64,000 nucleotides of DNA from Phycisphaerales bacterium (GTDB lineage: Bacteria > Planctomycetota > Phycisphaerae > Phycisphaerales > UBA1924): the NCBI GenBank assembly GCA_016764895.1, contig JAESRA010000069.1, forward strand, positions 1,045 to 65,044. Direction: 5' to 3'. Made by a program: the position numbers and the translations under genes. Below are positions 61,324 through 64,000 of this stretch, one piece after another. Under the pieces are notes generated by a model. That model ran no database searches. It saw only the letters and a list, made by a program, of their open reading frames with translations, and had not been told where the DNA came from. Position 1 is the first letter of the stretch; the number at the start of each line of letters is the position of its first letter.

Positions 61324-62082
61324 TCACCGGGCTGTCTTCGGGTACCAATTGTCCCGTTCTTTGTCCGCGTCGTACATCTCCGCAAACCGGTGCGCCGCAG
61401 CGTGCCCGTCAAGCATCAAGTACCCCGCCTTGTCCCCGTGCCGCTCCGTAGCAACCTCAAACCCAGGCTCAACGCCACGGGTCCTCCAAAAATGGGACAT
61501 AATGTGATCCGCGCTGAGCTCCTCACGCATCTCACCAAGCAATATGGTGACTGATGCATGAGGCGTTGCCCAACGCTTCCTATAAGGCGTAAACCGATCA
61601 CCCATAAACATCTCAGGGTCAATCTCCTCACGCCGAAGCTCAAAATACACATTCATCCCATAGCTCAGAGCCGCCGTAGAAAACGGCAACCCCGGCTGCT
61701 CGATCGGGCTCTCCCGCTGGTCATGAGCACAACGATAAAAATCATTGCTCGCGCTCCACCAAGACTCGCTCTGCCACAAATCCGACTCACCCTCAAACGA
61801 CTGAGAAGTCAGATACTCAAACATCTGAGGCCCCCAGGGCAGGATCCCGGAAAAACCTACAGAATGCTTCGAGCGAGGAAGCACATCCTTGTTGTCATCG
61901 GTGTACATGCTCATCACCATCCCGAGTGAACGGAGCGAAGATAAACATTGAACCGAGCGAGCACTATCACGCGCCCCACTGAGTGACGGGAGCAGGATCC
62001 CAATCAGCAGAGCGATGATCGCAATCACCACAAGCAACTCAATAAGCGTAAAGCCAGAGCGGCCGGCATAAACCAATCGCAT
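61324..62082 (-). CDS. DUF1559-type protein with prepilin N-terminal cleavage/methylation domain and H-X9-DG motif
   Basis: ATG 62082 follows GGGAGG. GFTLIELLVVIAIIALLIGILLPSL is the type IV pilin-like leader. The C-terminal HGDKAGYLMLDG fits H-X9-DG exactly. Confidence 0.85.
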   Translation of the reverse strand: MRLVYAGRSGFTLIELLVVIAIIALLIGILLPSLSGARDSARSVQCLSSLRSLGMVMSMYTDDNKDVLPRSKHSVGFSGILPWGPQMFEYLTSQSFEGESDLWQSESWWSASNDFYRCAHDQRESPIEQPGLPFSTAALSYGMNVYFELRREEIDPEMFMGDRFTPYRKRWATPHASVTILLGEMREELSADHIMSHFWRTRGVEPGFEVATERHGDKAGYLMLDGHAAAHRFAEMYDADKERDNWYPKTAR

Positions 62083-62163
62083 ATCAGCAACCTCCCAATG
62101 CACCACAAGGCGCATCGAAAAAATCAACTACAGAAAATAATGTGTACAACTCGATCGATCAAC

Positions 62164-62598
62164 TCACCCGCGAGGCGGAGGCGTCGCCAGCTCAAGGCCG
62201 CGAGATATCGGTGCCCGATCATTGGTCGTAAGAATCACAACCCGATCAGCATCAATAAAGACCGAAGCATCCGCCCGCCCCATCATCATCCCCACAAAGA
62301 ACGCAACAACAATATTGCTCCCCGCGCCCCCCAACGCCTCAACAGATTTATTGTTCTTAGGCACCCGGCGGACCGGCTCCTCAGAATCCAACGGATCCAT
62401 CAGCCCCGCCTCACACAACGGACAATCAGGCCCCCCCGCCATCGGCATCACGCAAGAACACATGTCCTGCCCACACACAGACCACTCCGGCCGATCGCGA
62501 TCCATCGAAGACAACACAAACGACCATCCCGATCCAGCCAATATAAAGCCGATCGCAAAGATCATCGTCGCCACAAAATGGAAGCGTTGGGTTCTCAT
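62164..62598 (-). CDS. hypothetical membrane-anchored Cys-rich protein
   Basis: ATG 62598 gives MRTQRFHFVATMIFAIGFILAG (a TM segment), then CGQDMCSCVMPMAGGPDCPLC. No family recognised. Start is uncertain. Confidence 0.4.
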   Translation of the reverse strand: MRTQRFHFVATMIFAIGFILAGSGWSFVLSSMDRDRPEWSVCGQDMCSCVMPMAGGPDCPLCEAGLMDPLDSEEPVRRVPKNNKSVEALGGAGSNIVVAFFVGMMMGRADASVFIDADRVVILTTNDRAPISRGLELATPPPRG

Positions 62599-62660
62599 AG
62601 AACCGGAAAGCATATGGCCAGGCAGTAATACAAGACAACTCCATCCACTATGAAATTGCT

Positions 62661-63773
62661 CTAATTGTGCCCAATCAAGGACTTTACCGCATCCCGCACC
62701 CACTCTTCCTCAATCCGATCAATCCCGCACCGCTCCAAATGGTCATTGGCCGACTCGCTCGCTGGTAGCGACGGATCAGCCACCACCACCACCTCGCTTG
62801 GCCGACCATCGGAAAACGGAATCACCGGCACCGTCGTCCACCGAGGATCCGTAGGCCCAAACAAACTCACCAAAGGCGTCCCCATCGCCGCCGCAATATG
62901 CCGAGGCCCAGTGTCATTGGTCACCATCAAACGCGCCCCCTTACACAACGCCTTCAGCCCCCCCAAAGTATTCCCCATCTTCGGCAGTGACACCGGATCA
63001 GAACCGCACAACCCACAAATCTCATCAACCAACTCCGACTCCGCCGGCGACCCATTGATCAAAACCTTCAACCCAAACTCATCACCCAACCAATCCGCCA
63101 ACCGAGCAAACCGATCCCCCGCCCAACGCTTGGCCTCATTATTCCCCCCAGGATTCAAAATCGCATACCCCGAATCACCAACCCCCGCCTCCGCCAATAT
63201 CTCATCGCATTTCGCCTGATCCCCCTCCGACACCGGCAACTCCATCACCACCCCATCCGGAATCGCCAAAGGCATCGACACACAATCCACCGGCGAATGC
63301 ACCGACCAATCCACAAGTTCTTCTTCAAGCAAATACCCCGCCAGATTCCAGTAGTAATCCACCGCAGGAACCATCTTCCAAGACCCGTCCCCATTCCGCG
63401 GCGGCACCACCTTGTCCGTCAACAAAATCCCCCGCCCATCCCGGTCATACCCAATCCGCCGATCAATAAACGCCAGCCGCGTCGTCAACGCCGTCGAAAA
63501 CGAGTTCGTCATCAACAACGCCGCATCATACCGCCGAGGCCGAACCTTCGCCGCCGCTTTCTTGGTCGCCATCATCCCATGAGGAACAAACACATGCAGT
63601 TCATCGAAAAGGTCACCACCCCCAACCAAATGATCAATCCCCCCCCGGCACAACCCACCAATAAAAATCCCAGGCATCGCCTCTCGAATCCGCCGAACCG
63701 CAGGCGTCGCCATCACCACATCCCCCACCCAAGAAGGCAACACAATCAAAAGTCTCAAAGGCCGATCACCCAT
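62661..63773 (-). CDS. glycosyltransferase family 9 (ADP-heptose:LPS heptosyltransferase-like)
   Basis: LRLLIVLPSWVGDVVMATPAVRRIREAMP and VTNDTGPRHIAAAMGTPLVSLFGPTDP are GT9 hallmarks. Confidence 0.85.
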   Translation of the reverse strand: MGDRPLRLLIVLPSWVGDVVMATPAVRRIREAMPGIFIGGLCRGGIDHLVGGGDLFDELHVFVPHGMMATKKAAAKVRPRRYDAALLMTNSFSTALTTRLAFIDRRIGYDRDGRGILLTDKVVPPRNGDGSWKMVPAVDYYWNLAGYLLEEELVDWSVHSPVDCVSMPLAIPDGVVMELPVSEGDQAKCDEILAEAGVGDSGYAILNPGGNNEAKRWAGDRFARLADWLGDEFGLKVLINGSPAESELVDEICGLCGSDPVSLPKMGNTLGGLKALCKGARLMVTNDTGPRHIAAAMGTPLVSLFGPTDPRWTTVPVIPFSDGRPSEVVVVADPSLPASESANDHLERCGIDRIEEEWVRDAVKSLIGHN

Positions 63774-64000
63774 CTACCAATCCTTCCCCATCGACCACAA
63801 CGCCGTCCCAAACTGCCGCTCATGCCACCGATTCGTATCCCGCCGAAGCTGCGCCATAAACGCCAACGCCCCCAACCGATGCACCCCAATGACCACCTCA
63901 ATCTTCTTCTCATCACACGACAACTCATGAATCACCACCCCCGTCCGCTCCGCGATCCCCCGCGCCACCGCCTCAACCATTTCTCGCGTCCGCAAATCAG
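63774..64000 (-). CDS. hypothetical protein, C-terminal fragment (5' end outside window)
   Basis: The frame is open to the window edge. Its stop TAG (63774-63776) abuts the GT9 start. No motif recognised. Confidence 0.4.
   Translation of the reverse strand, partial: DLRTREMVEAVARGIAERTGVVIHELSCDEKKIEVVIGVHRLGALAFMAQLRRDTNRWHERQFGTALWSMGKDW

Noticed and set aside
62599-62703. Upstream extension of the Cys-rich membrane protein ORF (start 62703)
   Set aside because: The extension overlaps the GT9 gene end and precedes the only hydrophobic N-terminal segment. I preferred the internal ATG at 62598, with low confidence.

Overview
This 64-kb window looks like a chromosomal segment from a moderately GC-rich Planctomycetota-like bacterium. 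That placement is an inference from DUF1559 prepilin-like, PEP-CTERM-like and HAF-repeat proteins and from the dockerin-tailed proteins described below. Most of the window is housekeeping: dxr, rne, ptsI, rho, hup, trpE, pdxJ, folC, pepA, nuoD/E/F, tag, mrp, gmk, a 2-hydroxyacid dehydrogenase and a GT9 heptosyltransferase.

The main finding is a ~20.6-kb island (12330-32976) of ten consecutive genes. Each encodes a signal-peptide protein that ends, directly before the stop codon, in the same 55-aa double EF-hand (dockerin-like) module, usually terminating G-C-P. The cargo is not carbohydrate-active. It comprises a di-haem cytochrome c peroxidase, a PQQ-dependent dehydrogenase, a five-haem c-type cytochrome, three S8 subtilases, a 1001-aa repeat protein with a divergent module variant, and three unknowns. 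No cohesin-like partner is recognisable in the window. I read this as a candidate cell-surface or extracellular docking system for redox and proteolytic enzymes.

Other points of interest:
- a HAF-repeat / classical-dockerin / ~310-codon polyglycine protein sitting next to a (CT)15 microsatellite
- a nuo operon interrupted by a coupled lipoprotein gene, an AT-rich DUF3800 gene and two opposite-strand genes
- two families of structured intergenic repeats, one showing a compensatory base-pair change
- several in-frame and intergenic tandem repeats

I found no rRNA, tRNA, CRISPR array, transposase or integrase. All coordinates include stop codons. Starts were chosen by eye from ATG/GTG position, SD-like motifs and signal peptides.
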